NCBI GenBank assembly: GCA_950097015.1
Contig: CATNEN010000025.1
Span: 2,418,001-2,482,000, forward strand
Reading direction: 5' to 3'
Length of the DNA stretch: 64,000 nt
Source: Macrostomum hystrix
Taxonomy: Eukaryota > Animalia > Platyhelminthes
Shown here: piece after piece, positions 29,101 through 39,605 of the stretch
Layout: each line of letters starts with the position of its first letter
How positions within the stretch are numbered: the stretch's first letter is position 1
The notes under the pieces: model-generated
Databases searched by the model: none
What the model saw: the letters and a program-made list of their open reading frames with translations, nothing else
Told to the model about the DNA's origin: nothing
Translations under genes and position numbers: made by a program

Positions 29101-30791
29101 GGATGCTCGCGGCTGGGGGACTCAGGAAATTGTTGCGGTTTTTTCGTCTCCCCTTGTTGGTCTGGGGAACTTATTAGCAACCAGGTCATTGTAATCAGAT
29201 TCCTGAGGCTTCCTTCATTAACCAGGAGCATGAGCTCAGGCGGGAGATGGGTCAGTTCGCAAAACTCAGGGACATTGCGGGAACAGATAGGCCTGTAGGT
29301 CGCCTCTGCGTAATGCAGTCTTTAATTAACAGTGCGTGCTATGAGACTCGACTCTCAAGAAACTCATGCTTGACGTGGTACACACTGTTTGCAGAAATTA
29401 AAATACGACGAGACTACATGTCTTCTTAATAAGAATTTTTTCCAGACAAGTTCAAATTTACTGTCAATAGACTGATCAAGATGTGTTGATGTTTTATGAA
29501 TGTACGAGTACAGTCTCACATTCTAATGTATTACAGATTGCAGCAGACAATCTCATTGATGGGCGCACAGGTATCACAGGTATTTCAGATTACTGATAGG
29601 CACACAGGGCGTTAATTATCACCGTTAAACTAACTGCCCTAATTGTTGCCCCTTCTCTATTAATTAAGGTGCGCTTTTGAGACACGGCCTCTTTATTAAC
29701 CCATAATTAAAGTGGTTACTCTAGTATTATCTATAATAATATTAATCTTGACATTCTCCCGACTATCCTGTACGAGAACTATTTTTTTAAGAAAAGATAA
29801 GAAAGTCATTTCTCATCGATCATGCTAATTGATTAGTGAATGGGCCCTACATTTTTTATCCAAGCTTTAAGTGCATTTTTTAGATTTCCACTATCTCGAT
29901 AAATTTGAGACCCGCATTTCTTTTGAAGCTCGCAACCTTCTTTAATCCGATCGACCTACTTTTTGCGGATCAAACTGAATCTTGGGATCATTAGTTGAGG
30001 GACGAATACGCGCTAAAATACATTTTTTTTTTCGTAAATCAGGGAGGGTAACACACTTAAAGTTTAGAGAGGGTAACACACTGAAGGTTCAGGGAGGCTA
30101 ACACACTGAAGGTTCAGGGAGGCTAACACACTGAAGGTTTAGGGAGGCTAACACACTGAAGGTTTAGAGAGGGTAACACACTGAAGGTTCAGGGAGGGTA
30201 ACATACTGAAGGTTCACGGAGGGTGACACACTGAAGGTTTAGGGAGGGTAACATACTGAAGGTTCAGGGAGGGTTACAAACTGAAGGTTCAGGGAGGGTT
30301 ACAAACTGAAGGTTCATGGCGGGTAACAAACACACTGAAGGTTCAGGGAGGGTAACAAACACACTGAAGGTTCAGGGCGGCTGACTTTCAAATTGCCCCC
30401 AATAATTAATTGACTATTGAATTTCATATGGAGAATTTCCCATTTGAACGGTTAGCTTTGAAAGATAAAAGTACATCTGTAGCCAACGATTGCAATAGTG
30501 CTCGCAATAGAGCAATATAGCAATAGAGCTTGTGGGCATGGCACCCACTTCCAGTTAAAAAGACAATGAGCCAAAAGGCACACATTGCGGTGCAGTAAAA
30601 TATTGAGTTTTGCTATTGAAATGACATTGGCAAGGAGCGGCCATTTGGTGAATGTCCTGACATAAAATTCTGAGACCACTTCACTGGTAGAGTATTGAAA
30701 ATCCTTTCCAGTTAAGAAGTTTGTAGATAGGTCACTAAACGCTTAGCTACACTTCACTATGCCAAAATCTAGCATTTCACCTATCTACGAG

Positions 30792-30883
<92 letters not shown>

Positions 30884-30900
30884 AAATCTATCTATCTATA

Positions 30901-30963
<63 letters not shown>

Positions 30964-30964
30964 A

Positions 30965-31023
<59 letters not shown>

Positions 31024-32879
31024 ATATCTATCTATCTATCTATCTAAAAAAGGGAAGGGCGCCCCGTATTTAGCCCTGAAATTGCGTCATTCTTATGTAG
31101 GACCTTTGCTTCACAAACCAGAAATACTTGCGCGAATCATATGATTATCAGTTTAGCCTTAAATTATGTACAAGGGTGAAGACTCGAGGTAAGTTAGCAG
31201 CGCGTTCTGAGCTTCTCGCCGACTGCTCTTCAGGCATCTACACACGCATCCGTTGACGTGCTGCAAAATATCAATTCGTCTGTATCATCAGCAAGGGAGC
31301 TTGTGGGCCAGTGGTTGAAGCTCCGGACTTCTGACAGAGACGTCGGGAGTTCGAATTTCAGCCAGATGAGAGAAATACGAGATCGTATACAGTTTGTTTC
31401 CTTGAGTGAAACACTAAATTCAATAGAGCATCAGGGCTTCCAGCTATAAAAATGGATACCAGCATTAACTCGGGTAGAAACTGTGGGTTTGGTGGCCTCC
31501 ACTGCTGTACACAACTTATGTCTATCCACCTGTATGACGGCTGTTCAGTCCATGCACTGGGGGGATGCCACACCCACCCTCAATTACCCGAGCTCATGCT
31601 GTCACCCATTAAACAGCTGGGCGAACTGAAGCAATTTAGAGTTTGCCAAAAGACAAGCAGTGGTCTTGCTTAAGGACACAAATTGTTATAGGGAATCGAA
31701 AATCGAACCCCCAACCTTCAAGTCATGAGTCCGACGCTCTAACCACAAGGCTAGAACATCCCTATCTGGAATATCTGTGATACCTGTGTGCCACAGTGAG
31801 ATTGTCAGCTGCAATCTGGAATACCTGTGATACCTGTGTGCCACAGTGAGATTGTCAGCTGCAATCTGGAATACCTGTGATACCTGTGTGTCACAGTGAG
31901 ATTGTCAGCTGCAATCTGGAATACCTGTGATACCTGTGTGTCACAGTGAGATTGTCAGCTGCAATCTGGAATACCTGTGATACCTGTGTGTCACAGTGAG
32001 ATTGTCAGCTGCAATCTGGAATACCTGTGATACCTGTGTGCCACAGTGAGATTGTCAGCTGCAATCTGGAATACCTGTGATACCTGTGTGCCACAGTGAG
32101 ATTGTCAGCTGCAATCTGGAATACCTGTGATACCTGTGTGTCACAGTGAGATTGTCAGCTGCAATCTGGAATACCTGTGATACCTGTGTGTCACAGTGAG
32201 ATTGTCAGCTGCAATCTGGAATACCTGTGATACCTGTGTGTCACAGTGAGATTGTCAGCTGCAATCTGGAATACCTGTGATACCTGTGTGCCACAGTGAG
32301 ATTGTCAGCTGCAATCTGGAATACCTGTGATACCTGTGTGCCACAGTGAGATTGTCAGCTGCAATCTGGAATACCTGTGATACCTGTGTGCCACAGTGAG
32401 ATTGTCAGCTGCAATCTGGAATACCTGTGATACCTGTGTGCCACAGTGAGATTGTCAGCTGCAATCTGGAATACCTGTGATACCTGTGTGCCACAGTGAG
32501 ATTGTCAGCTGCAATCTGGAATACCTGTGATACCTGTGTGCCACAGTGAGATTGTCAGCTGTAATCTAGAATACCCAAAAATGAGAGGTGGCCACTGCTC
32601 ACAGCCTGAGCAGTCTCTCACCCAGGTGGTGATGTACACCAGGCGGAGCCGCACCCGGTCGGTCAGGTGTCGAACTCTGGCCAGCGCCAATTCGAAGGCC
32701 AGCAGGGAGCCGTCGCTGTCGCTGGGTATCAGAGCAGCGATGTACACATCGGTTGAGCTGCGCTCCACTGAGAACAGGTCCCTGGAGAATGGCACCACGT
32801 CTGACGGGTGACGAATTGTAAATTCGCAATTAGCCGTCACAATCAGAGTTAGCAGGGCGGTCGCCAGGCTGACAGTCAT
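3609..32879 (-). CDS. GABBR2: GABA-B receptor subunit 2-like class C GPCR (Venus flytrap + 7TM + C-terminal coiled coil), 19 exons, about 899 aa
   Basis: Phase-consistent GT-AG exon chain: 32622-32879, 26582-26719, 24930-25124, 24166-24279, 23355-23420, 22016-22210, 21290-21535, 17278-17350, 15621-15719, 14178-14328, 10338-10476, 10149-10256, 9830-9952, 9554-9658, 8189-8413, 6584-6751, 5572-5662, 5166-5280, 3609-3699 (2700 nt, ends NPR-TAG). Family motifs: signal peptide [102 protein letters not shown]. Minus-strand AATAAA at 3247-3252. Confidence 0.9.
3730..5120. repeat. 52-bp minisatellite (GGATTATCAATCCTGCCAACTTTAGGGATTTTTGACAGCGGATTAGGGAGAT) in GABBR2 intron 18
   Basis: Unit starts at 3841 and 3893, among others. 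Confidence 0.97.
5378..5518. repeat. 24-bp tandem repeat CCACTCCACTCTGATCTATCCAGC
   Basis: About 6 copies visible. Confidence 0.95.
6890..7460. repeat. 86-bp minisatellite (GTGTGGGAAAGATCTCGCTGTGAATGTACATT...)
   Basis: Unit starts at 6901 and 6987, among others. Confidence 0.95.
8605..9130. repeat. 38-bp minisatellite GTACATTGGACAGTCAGGGAATGGAGTTGAGGTTTAGT
   Basis: Directly visible. Confidence 0.95.
10545..12010. repeat. 24-bp minisatellite CATAGACATACGATAGAATCATAC
   Basis: Directly visible; source of the [11 protein letters not shown] artefacts. Confidence 0.97.
15950..16950. repeat. 24-bp minisatellite GATTCCTGCTACTATTCTACAGAA with 216-bp higher-order repeat
   Basis: The same variant unit recurs at 15983, 16199, 16415 and 16631. 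Confidence 0.95.
17450..18250. repeat. Two abutting 15-bp arrays (TGTGGGATCAGAAAT then GGGATCTGACACTTA)
   Basis: Directly visible; the switch occurs near 17980. Confidence 0.95.
19050..19800. repeat. CT-rich array of about 15 bp (CCCAGTCTCTCTCAT)
   Basis: Directly visible. Confidence 0.93.
20720..21280. repeat. 22-bp minisatellite GGCTGGTGGAGCAGTCAGTGGA
   Basis: Directly visible; preceded by an AG-rich tract at 20620-20720. Confidence 0.95.
21630..21830 (+). mobile_element. tRNA-derived SINE (followed by a second partial copy at 21840-21950)
   Basis: A-box-like tagccttgttgttagagc, B-box GGTTCGATTCC, central cccaactgtaaaatgggtaccagc, palindromic tail CAGTCCATGGACTG. Confidence 0.75.
22245..22960. 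repeat. 15-bp minisatellite GGGATCTGACACTGG
   Basis: Directly visible. Confidence 0.96.
23690..24030. repeat. Minisatellite of about 41 bp (AATGTACATATATTTGTTTATTATCGATCG...)
   Basis: Alternating variant units are visible. Confidence 0.9.
26770..27985. repeat. 16-bp minisatellite GGATAGTGACTGATAT
   Basis: Directly visible. Confidence 0.97.
30040..30380. repeat. 25-bp minisatellite GGAGGGTAACACACTGAAGGTTCAG
   Basis: Directly visible. Confidence 0.92.
30790..31045. repeat. (TATC)n microsatellite
   Basis: Directly visible. Confidence 0.99.
31298..31470 (+). mobile_element. tRNA-derived SINE copy
   Basis: gtggttgaagc...GTTCGAATTTC head, ccttgagtgaaacactaa, cagctataaaaatggataccagc. Confidence 0.65.
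31520..31752 (-). mobile_element. tRNA-derived SINE copy (inverted relative to the 21630 copy)
   Basis: Reverse complement of the same head (aatcgaacccc...gagtccgacgctctaaccac) and tail (cagtccatgcactggggg). Confidence 0.75.
31755..32570. repeat. 50-bp minisatellite ATACCTGTGATACCTGTGTGCCACAGTGAGATTGTCAGCTGCAATCTGGA
   Basis: About 16 near-identical copies, e.g. at 32221 and 32271. Confidence 0.98.
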
Positions 32880-33079
32880 TCTGTCAACTGTGACAGGAAT
32901 GGGAGATTTCCGCGGCCTCAATAGCCTGTATACTTTATCCCAAATCAATGCGATTCAGTTTTAGTCTTTGATCTACCATTGTCGCTGCCTGGTCCATAAG
33001 CGTGCAAACAGCTGGGCGATGAAACTCAGTCGCTTAATTAGATAGGCGCGAGAAAATAAGAAGCAAAATTTCCGACGGA

Positions 33080-33110
33080 TCTGATTGGCTGTCGGCTCTC
33101 GACCAATCGG
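33080..33110. promoter_or_regulatory. Two oppositely oriented CCAAT boxes upstream of the GABBR2-like start
   Basis: ctgATTGGct at about 33084 and gaCCAATc at about 33103, roughly 200 bp upstream of the ATG. Motif match only. Confidence 0.4.
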
Positions 33111-34512
33111 ACAGGCGCAATAAAAAATCATAGCAGAAATGCCAGTTTAACGAGAGGCGCTTATCAGTTCGAGTTTAAGTCCAATAAGATAAAAGAAATA
33201 TAATTAGCCTAAACAATTAATGCGGGAAGCACAATGTTCCTTTCAGTTGTGCCCTAATCCAGGTGCCAGAAAAATTATATTTCAAGGCTTCCTGGACAGA
33301 AATTTGTAGATTATAAATGTTTTGCTTCTATTTAAAATAAAAAATACTATGCGAACGGTAAGAATTTTTCCTTGATCGAATAGCATGTCAAATCTAATTT
33401 CCGAATTAAAATTTCAATCCTGAGCCGCCTTGCTTGAAGAGTCACTCACTGCTTTCTCCTGCTTTCGCAAGAGAAATAAAATAGGAAATTGTAAATTCCA
33501 AGTTTAGAAAAAGTAGATAACAAGATGGGAGCCTTTTGTGAGTTAAAAAAACGGCATACGCTATCTAATCAGTGAGATCTTGCTGCTGCTGCTGCTGCTG
33601 CTGCTCTGTGATTTTGCCTATGAAATGGTCCTAGCTTTAATTTTACTCTTTGATCTGCAGGTCACGAGGCTTTTATCCATCTGTCACATCATGCAGCACC
33701 GCCTTCACTCCCCTTAGCTCCTTGTGCTATCCCAAACACCGAATTCGATCAAAGTTATTGCATCAGTAGTTCACAGAGCTCTTAAAAAGTTCTACAAATG
33801 GAGCGAAAAATATCCGATGACAGGGATCGGAAATTGGAAATGCCAATCTGTTATTCTCTCAACCTCCGCCTCTGTCTATCTCATTCTGACTCTCTTACTC
33901 TCTGTCTTTTTCTTTGCAATTTTTTCGGAAATCATTATCATATAAAGTATATCTATCTCATCACACAAAAACAAATTTATAAGATCTGCCCGTGTTATGT
34001 ACTATTTCAACGATTTTTGTAAAAAACAGAAAAAAAATTAGGTGACTACTTCGAGTAGTATGCTAATTAAAAATGTAACATGTTTAGTCTATTTTAAGTT
34101 TGTCGCCTAAAACTACGAGCTACAGCCCTTTTATTTGATTCTGCTTTACGTGGCATGTAAAGCAACAAAAATGTACTTTTTAGTCAGTCAGTCAGTCAGT
34201 CAGTCAGTTTGCATCCCTCAAAGCAATTATTCTTAATTGAAAAATTGCCGTAAACGAAACAAAAGACAAAAATAAAAGCCGACGCCACAGAAATCCTGCA
34301 GCAGTTGCAGCATCTCATTCGCTCCATTGATTCGGCTTGTCCTCCAATCACAGCGGGCCAACTCGATCCCGTGGCTTCTGAGTGAGTTTTCTTGCCCGGG
34401 CATTATATGATTCGGTTCCGCTCAGAGATCGGGCGGGCACTGAATACTAATACACGATAGTCTGTGCAATTTCGGCTCGGCAACTAAACTGAAAGCATTC
34501 AAACTGCCGAAA

Positions 34513-35385
34513 GTGCGTTCTCGAATTTTACGCGGCGTCGCCGGTAGCGGTGGCGGCGGCGGCGGCGGCGTCGGAGGCAGTGGAGGAGGCAGCGCCGGCA
34601 ACGGAGGTGGAGGCGGCAGCGGAGGTGGAGGCGGCGGTGGCGGCGGCAGCTCCAACGATGCCTCGGACCCGCAGGATATTCGCATTGTTGTGCTAGGCGC
34701 CAGCGGGGTCGGCAAGACCAGTCTAGTGCAGCAGTTCGTGCACTGCGCCTGTCCGGAGACGTACATCCGGACTCGCCGCCCGGTGGTGCACCGGCCGTGC
34801 ATCACCGTCAACGATCGCACCTACGAGGCCCGCCTAGTCGACTGCCCGGCGTTGCGGTATTTTCCCGCGAATTCTCTGCAGGAATTCTCCGACTTTCGCG
34901 GCTACGGCCTCCGCTCGGCGTCTGGCTACGCCCTAGTCTACGACCTCACCGACGAGGCCACGTTTGGCTACGTGAAACGGCTCCGGGACGCCCTGCACGA
35001 GCAGAACATTGACGCGCCGGTGCTGGTCGTGGCCAACAAGGCCGACTTGCTCAACTCCGGCAACGGCGGCGGAAACGGCGGCGGAAACGGCGGCGGAAAC
35101 GACGGCTGCGTCGGTGGCGGCGGCGGAGGCGGACGAGAGAAAGACTTCACCGAAGTGCTCATCGGCCGGGACAAGGCGACCAAGGAGGCAAAAAGGGAGA
35201 CGGGCAATCTGGTTCGCAAGCAGTGGAAATGCCTCTACGTGGAGTGCTCGGCTAAGTACAATTGGCACGTGAGCGCCGCCTTTCGCGAACTGTTGAAAGC
35301 CATCGATCATAAGGACTTCGGGCACAAGCCGACATCGGCACGAGTTCAAGAGGCCTTCAGAAGGAATCAGTGCTCCGTGATGTGA
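34513..35385 (+). CDS. RASL10B: RASL10-family small GTPase with Gly-rich extensions and CaaX box; true start uncertain (no in-frame ATG)
   Basis: G1 GASGVGKT, degenerate G3 DCPA followed by FPANSLQEF, G4 NKAD, G5 region KQWKCLYVECSAKYNWH and C-terminus RRNQCSVM. These match the RASL10A/B signature (FPxNxLQE, WKCxYVECSAKYNWH, RRNxCxxM). Confidence 0.9.
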   Translation: MRSRILRGVAGSGGGGGGGVGGSGGGSAGNGGGGGSGGGGGGGGGSSNDASDPQDIRIVVLGASGVGKTSLVQQFVHCACPETYIRTRRPVVHRPCITVNDRTYEARLVDCPALRYFPANSLQEFSDFRGYGLRSASGYALVYDLTDEATFGYVKRLRDALHEQNIDAPVLVVANKADLLNSGNGGGNGGGNGGGNDGCVGGGGGGGREKDFTEVLIGRDKATKEAKRETGNLVRKQWKCLYVECSAKYNWHVSAAFRELLKAIDHKDFGHKPTSARVQEAFRRNQCSVM

Positions 35386-35579
35386 GGATGCAAGCGAGAG
35401 AGATTGGCCTAATCTAGTCTGGCAGCTTGACATGGAGCACAGTACACTCACTAATACTTACACAAGTGTCTGGCTTAGACATAAGGCTGTAGGTGCTGCC
35501 CCATTTGAAGACATGCACTTTAGGGACAGTGCTTAATGTGTTTTAATTATTCTGGACTCCATATTACGTCATAAAAAGA

Positions 35580-36245
35580 GACATAGGGACAAAGAGAGAT
35601 GGACAGATAGACAGAGAGATATAGAGACAGAGAGACAGAGAGACAGAGAGACAGAGGACAGAGAGACAGAGACAGTGAGACTGAGAGACAGAGACAGAGA
35701 GCCAGAGAGACAGAGGACAGAGAGAGACAGAGAGACAGAGAAACAGAGAGACAGAGAGACAGAGAAACAGAGAGACAGAGAAACAGAGAGACAGAGAGAC
35801 AGAGAAACAGAGAAACAGAGAGACAGAGAGACAGAGAAACAGAGAGACAGAGCAACAGAGAGACAGACAGACAGAGAAACAGAGAAACAGAGAGACAGAG
35901 AGACAGAGAGACAGAGAAACAGAGAAACAGAGAGACAGAGCAACAGAGAGACAGACAGACAGAGAAACAGAGAAACAGAGAGACAGAGAGACAGAGAGAC
36001 AGAGAAACAGAGAAACAGAGAGACAGAGCAACAGAGAGACAGAGAGACAGAGAAACAGAGAAACAGAGAGACAGAGAGACAGAGAGACAGAGAAACAGAG
36101 AAACAGAGAGACAGAGCAACAGAGAGACAGACAGACAGAGAAACAGAGAAACAGAGGACAGAGAGACAGAGGACAGAGAGACAGAGGACAGAGAGACAGA
36201 GGACAGAGAGACAGAGGACAGAGAGACAGAGGACAGAGAGAGACA
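35580..36245. repeat. AG-rich (AGAGACAG)n low-complexity array
   Basis: Directly visible. Confidence 0.96.
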
Positions 36246-36859
36246 GCAACAGGGAACCATGTTGAATCTGAAATTGGGGAACCCTTTAAACAGTCTCGCT
36301 AACCTGGCTTCTGAAAGTTGGAGCAACTGTTCTCATCTTGTGGGGCGAGTAGATTCTCTGTTGTCCAGCATAGCTGCTGATACTGGCATTGTAATTAGCG
36401 AGATTACAAAAGCAATTTATTATTATTGATATTATAGGATTTCACAAACACTGCATCCGGCATGACAACTAGTCAGCATTTTCCATCGCTCTGTCACACT
36501 TCATATCGTTGCGTTCGATGCCCGCATTGCAAAATGTATGTTTGGCATCGTCAGTTTCGCATTTGTCTGCGTTAATGTAAAGAAATGCAATAATCTAACT
36601 TAGTATACAGAAGATAGAACTTATTCGCAACGGACTTTATACCTAGTAATACTAAAGTGATGACTCTTATTTCTTGGAAAATGGCTTCCGTGGAAAAATT
36701 GAATACTGCTATAATTGTGAGTTTTTTTACAAATTTCATTCAGTTTTGCTTTCGCGCATATATAGCAGGGCATTCAGTCGTAAATTTTAACGTCTTTTAA
36801 AAGTTGAAAGTACAATTTAATAAACAGATTACACCTGCCCCAATTGGGCCAGATGTGCA

Positions 36860-37090
36860 GCCGACAGCACAGCTGCAGCTATTGCGCGGCGCTTCTGAAG
36901 GCTGCGTACTGCTGTTCAGTCCATGGACTGGGGGATGCCACAGCCACCCTCAATTACCCATTTTACAGTTAGGTGAGTTGAAGCAATCCGTATTTAAGTG
37001 TTTTGCTAAAGGATGCAAATTGTTCCAGTGAAATCGGGAATCGAACCCCCGACCCTTACGTCGTGAGTCCGACGCTCTAACCACTACGAT
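36860..37090 (-). mobile_element. tRNA-derived SINE copy
   Basis: ttcagtccatggactggggg, cccattttacagtt, ggaatcgaacccc...gagtccgacgctctaaccac. Confidence 0.75.
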
Positions 37091-37669
37091 AAAACTTTCT
37101 ACTGCATCTGTGCTTTGTGACACATGACAAGCTAGTGTCAGCTCTGTGTAACTTCCCTAGAGGGAGAGAAATTTTACAAGCATGACGTGCAGAGCGCAGT
37201 TTGAAACCTTGAAGGTGAGTACTTTTAATCCGCGTCACTGTGTGCTAACTCTAGATTTTCTTGAAACTTTTTATTAAGGTCTGTACACAGTGGAACATCT
37301 TCTTAATTAGTTTATAAAGAAAAGCTTAATTAAAACTTCAACTGAAATATAATACTTAAAGTCCAATTTGGATTCTAAGCATCAAGCTCTTTAGCAGGTT
37401 GAGCAGTATTAGTACAGTACTGCTCATTTTGCAACCTATTGCAACCTGATGCGGGTGCTAAAGACCTGTAAGGTAAGTTAAACAACTTGCGTGCACAAAA
37501 AACGGAAGCATATTGCAGTGCACTAATAAACTAACAGCCGCTCGAATCGTGCTTGGTTGGAAATAACGGTTCGAGATTGTAACACTTTTGTAGAGTATAT
37601 AGCAGGCTGGGTGTTAATTAACACGCGCGCACCTTGAAATCAAGGCTTTCTTACTGGATTTCTTACTGG

Positions 37670-38005
37670 AGTAGAGAGGAATGAGAATAGAAGAGAGTAG
37701 AGAGGAATGAGGATTGAAGAGAGTAGAGAGGAATGAGGATTGAAGAGAGTAGAGAGGAATGAGGATTGAAGAGAGTAGAGAGGAATGAGGATTGAAGAGA
37801 GTAGAGAGGAATGAGGATTGAAGAGAGTAGAGAGGAATGAGGATTGAAGAGAGTAGAGAGGAATGAGGATAGAGGAGAGTAGAGAGGAATGAGGATAGAG
37901 GAGAGTAGAGAGGAATGAGGATAGAGGAGAGTAGAGAGGAATGAGGATTGAAGAGAGTAGAGAGGAATGAGGATTGAAGAGAGTAGAGAGGAATGAGGAT
38001 TGAAG
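37670..38005. repeat. 26-bp minisatellite GAGGATTGAAGAGAGTAGAGAGGAAT
   Basis: Directly visible. Confidence 0.95.
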
Positions 38006-38474
38006 AGCGCTGACGATGTTCAGGGAATGGTGTGAAGAATAATGTCGTGCTGTCATTATTTCGACTAAAAACTTCGTCAGAGTAAATAAAAAACAAGCAA
38101 AAAGAGAAAAAAAATAATAGAGAAGTACCGAAAAGCATTTATTTCGTAGTGTAACTTGAAGACAGGTGAGAAAAGTAAGCAGCGCCACTCAGAAAAAACA
38201 CTCTGATACACTCCAACGTCATTTTTTGCCTGTAAAAGCCAAAGCGAGAGTCACGATTCAGAAGCGCCTATTAGACAAGTGCATCTTCGTTCCCAAAGAC
38301 TGTGAGCACAAGTGTTGTGCTAGACATGCAAAGCTCTGACGGTTTGAAAGGTGAGACATGATTAAGTCGGAAAAAGTCCAATGGTCTTGAGTGCGAAGGA
38401 AACACGATGCGAATGAGCAAAGTACAAAAGTGAAGGACTACTAGCAGGTAGCGAGTCAAGAAGCACGTACATCT

Positions 38475-39605
38475 CATTGCAAGGCGCTTCCAAAGTGTGT
38501 TGTATCGGGTGAGTGGCAGAGCGGCGACTATTGCAAGACGCTTCCAAAGTTTGTTGTATCGGGTGAGTGGCAGAGCGGCGACTATTGCAAGACGCTTCCA
38601 AAGTTTGTTGTATCGGGTGAGTGGCAGAGCGGCGACTATTGCAAGACGCTTCCAAAGTTTGTTGTATCGGGTGAGTGGCAGAGCGGCGACTATTGCAAGA
38701 CGCTTCCAAAGTTTGTTGTATCGGGTGAGTGGCAGAGCGGCGACTATTGCAAGACGCTTCCAAAGTTTGTTGTATCGGGTGAGTGGCAGAGCGGCGACTA
38801 TTGCAAGACGCTTCCAAAGTTTGTTGTATCGGGTGAGTTGCAGAGCGGCGACTATTGCAAGACGCTTCCAAAGTTTGTTGTATCGGGTGAGTGGCAGAGC
38901 GGCGACTATTGCAAGACGCTTCCAAAGTTTGTTGTATCGGGTGAGTGGCAGAGCGGCGAATATTGCAAGACGCTTCCAAAGTGTTGTATCGGGTGAGTTG
39001 TAGAGCGGCGACTATTGCAAGACGCTTCCAAAGTTTGTTGTATCGGGGTGAGTTGCAGAGCTGCGACTATTGCAAGGCGCTTCCAAAGTTTGTTGTATCG
39101 GGTGAGTGGCAGAGCGGCGAATATTGCAAGACGCTTCCAAAGTTTGTTGTATCGGGTGAGTTGTAGAGCGGCGACTATTGCAAGACGCTTCCAAAGTTTG
39201 TTGTATCGGGGTGAGTGGCAGAGCGGCGACTATTGCAAGACGCTTCCAAAGTTTGTTGTATCGGGGTGAGTTGTAGAGCTGCGACTATTGCAAGGCGCTA
39301 CCAAAGTTTGTTGTATCGGGGTGAGTTGCAGAGCGGCGACTATTGCAAGACGCTTCCAAAGTTTGTTGTATCGGGGTGAGTTGTAGAGCTGCGACTATTG
39401 CAAGACGCTACCAAAGTTTGTTGTATCGGGTGAGTTGTAGAGCGGCGACTATTGCAAGGCGCTTCCAAAGTTTGTTGTATCGGGGTGAGTTGCAGAGCGG
39501 CGACTATTGCAAGACGCTTCCAAAGTTTGTTGTATCGGGTGAGTTGTAGAGCGGCGACTATTGCAAGGCGCTTCCAAAGTTTGTTGTTTCGGGTGAGTGG
39601 CAGAG
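38475..39605. repeat. 54-bp minisatellite ATTGCAAGACGCTTCCAAAGTTTGTTGTATCGGGTGAGTGGCAGAGCGGCGACT
   Basis: About 20 copies, some with 1-bp indels. Confidence 0.97.

Noticed and set aside
31755-32570. Regular repeat arrays as CRISPR
   Set aside because: The units are contiguous with no unique spacers, there are no cas genes, and the context is eukaryotic.
33798-34022. ORF MERKISDD as the missing first exon of RASL10
   Set aside because: There is no credible donor before it runs into CT-rich and AT-rich sequence.
34933-35451. Antisense and alternative-frame ORFs over RASL10, the 42081 gene, TRIM-NHL and TMEM145
   Set aside because: They are the shadow ORFs expected from GC-rich coding DNA.
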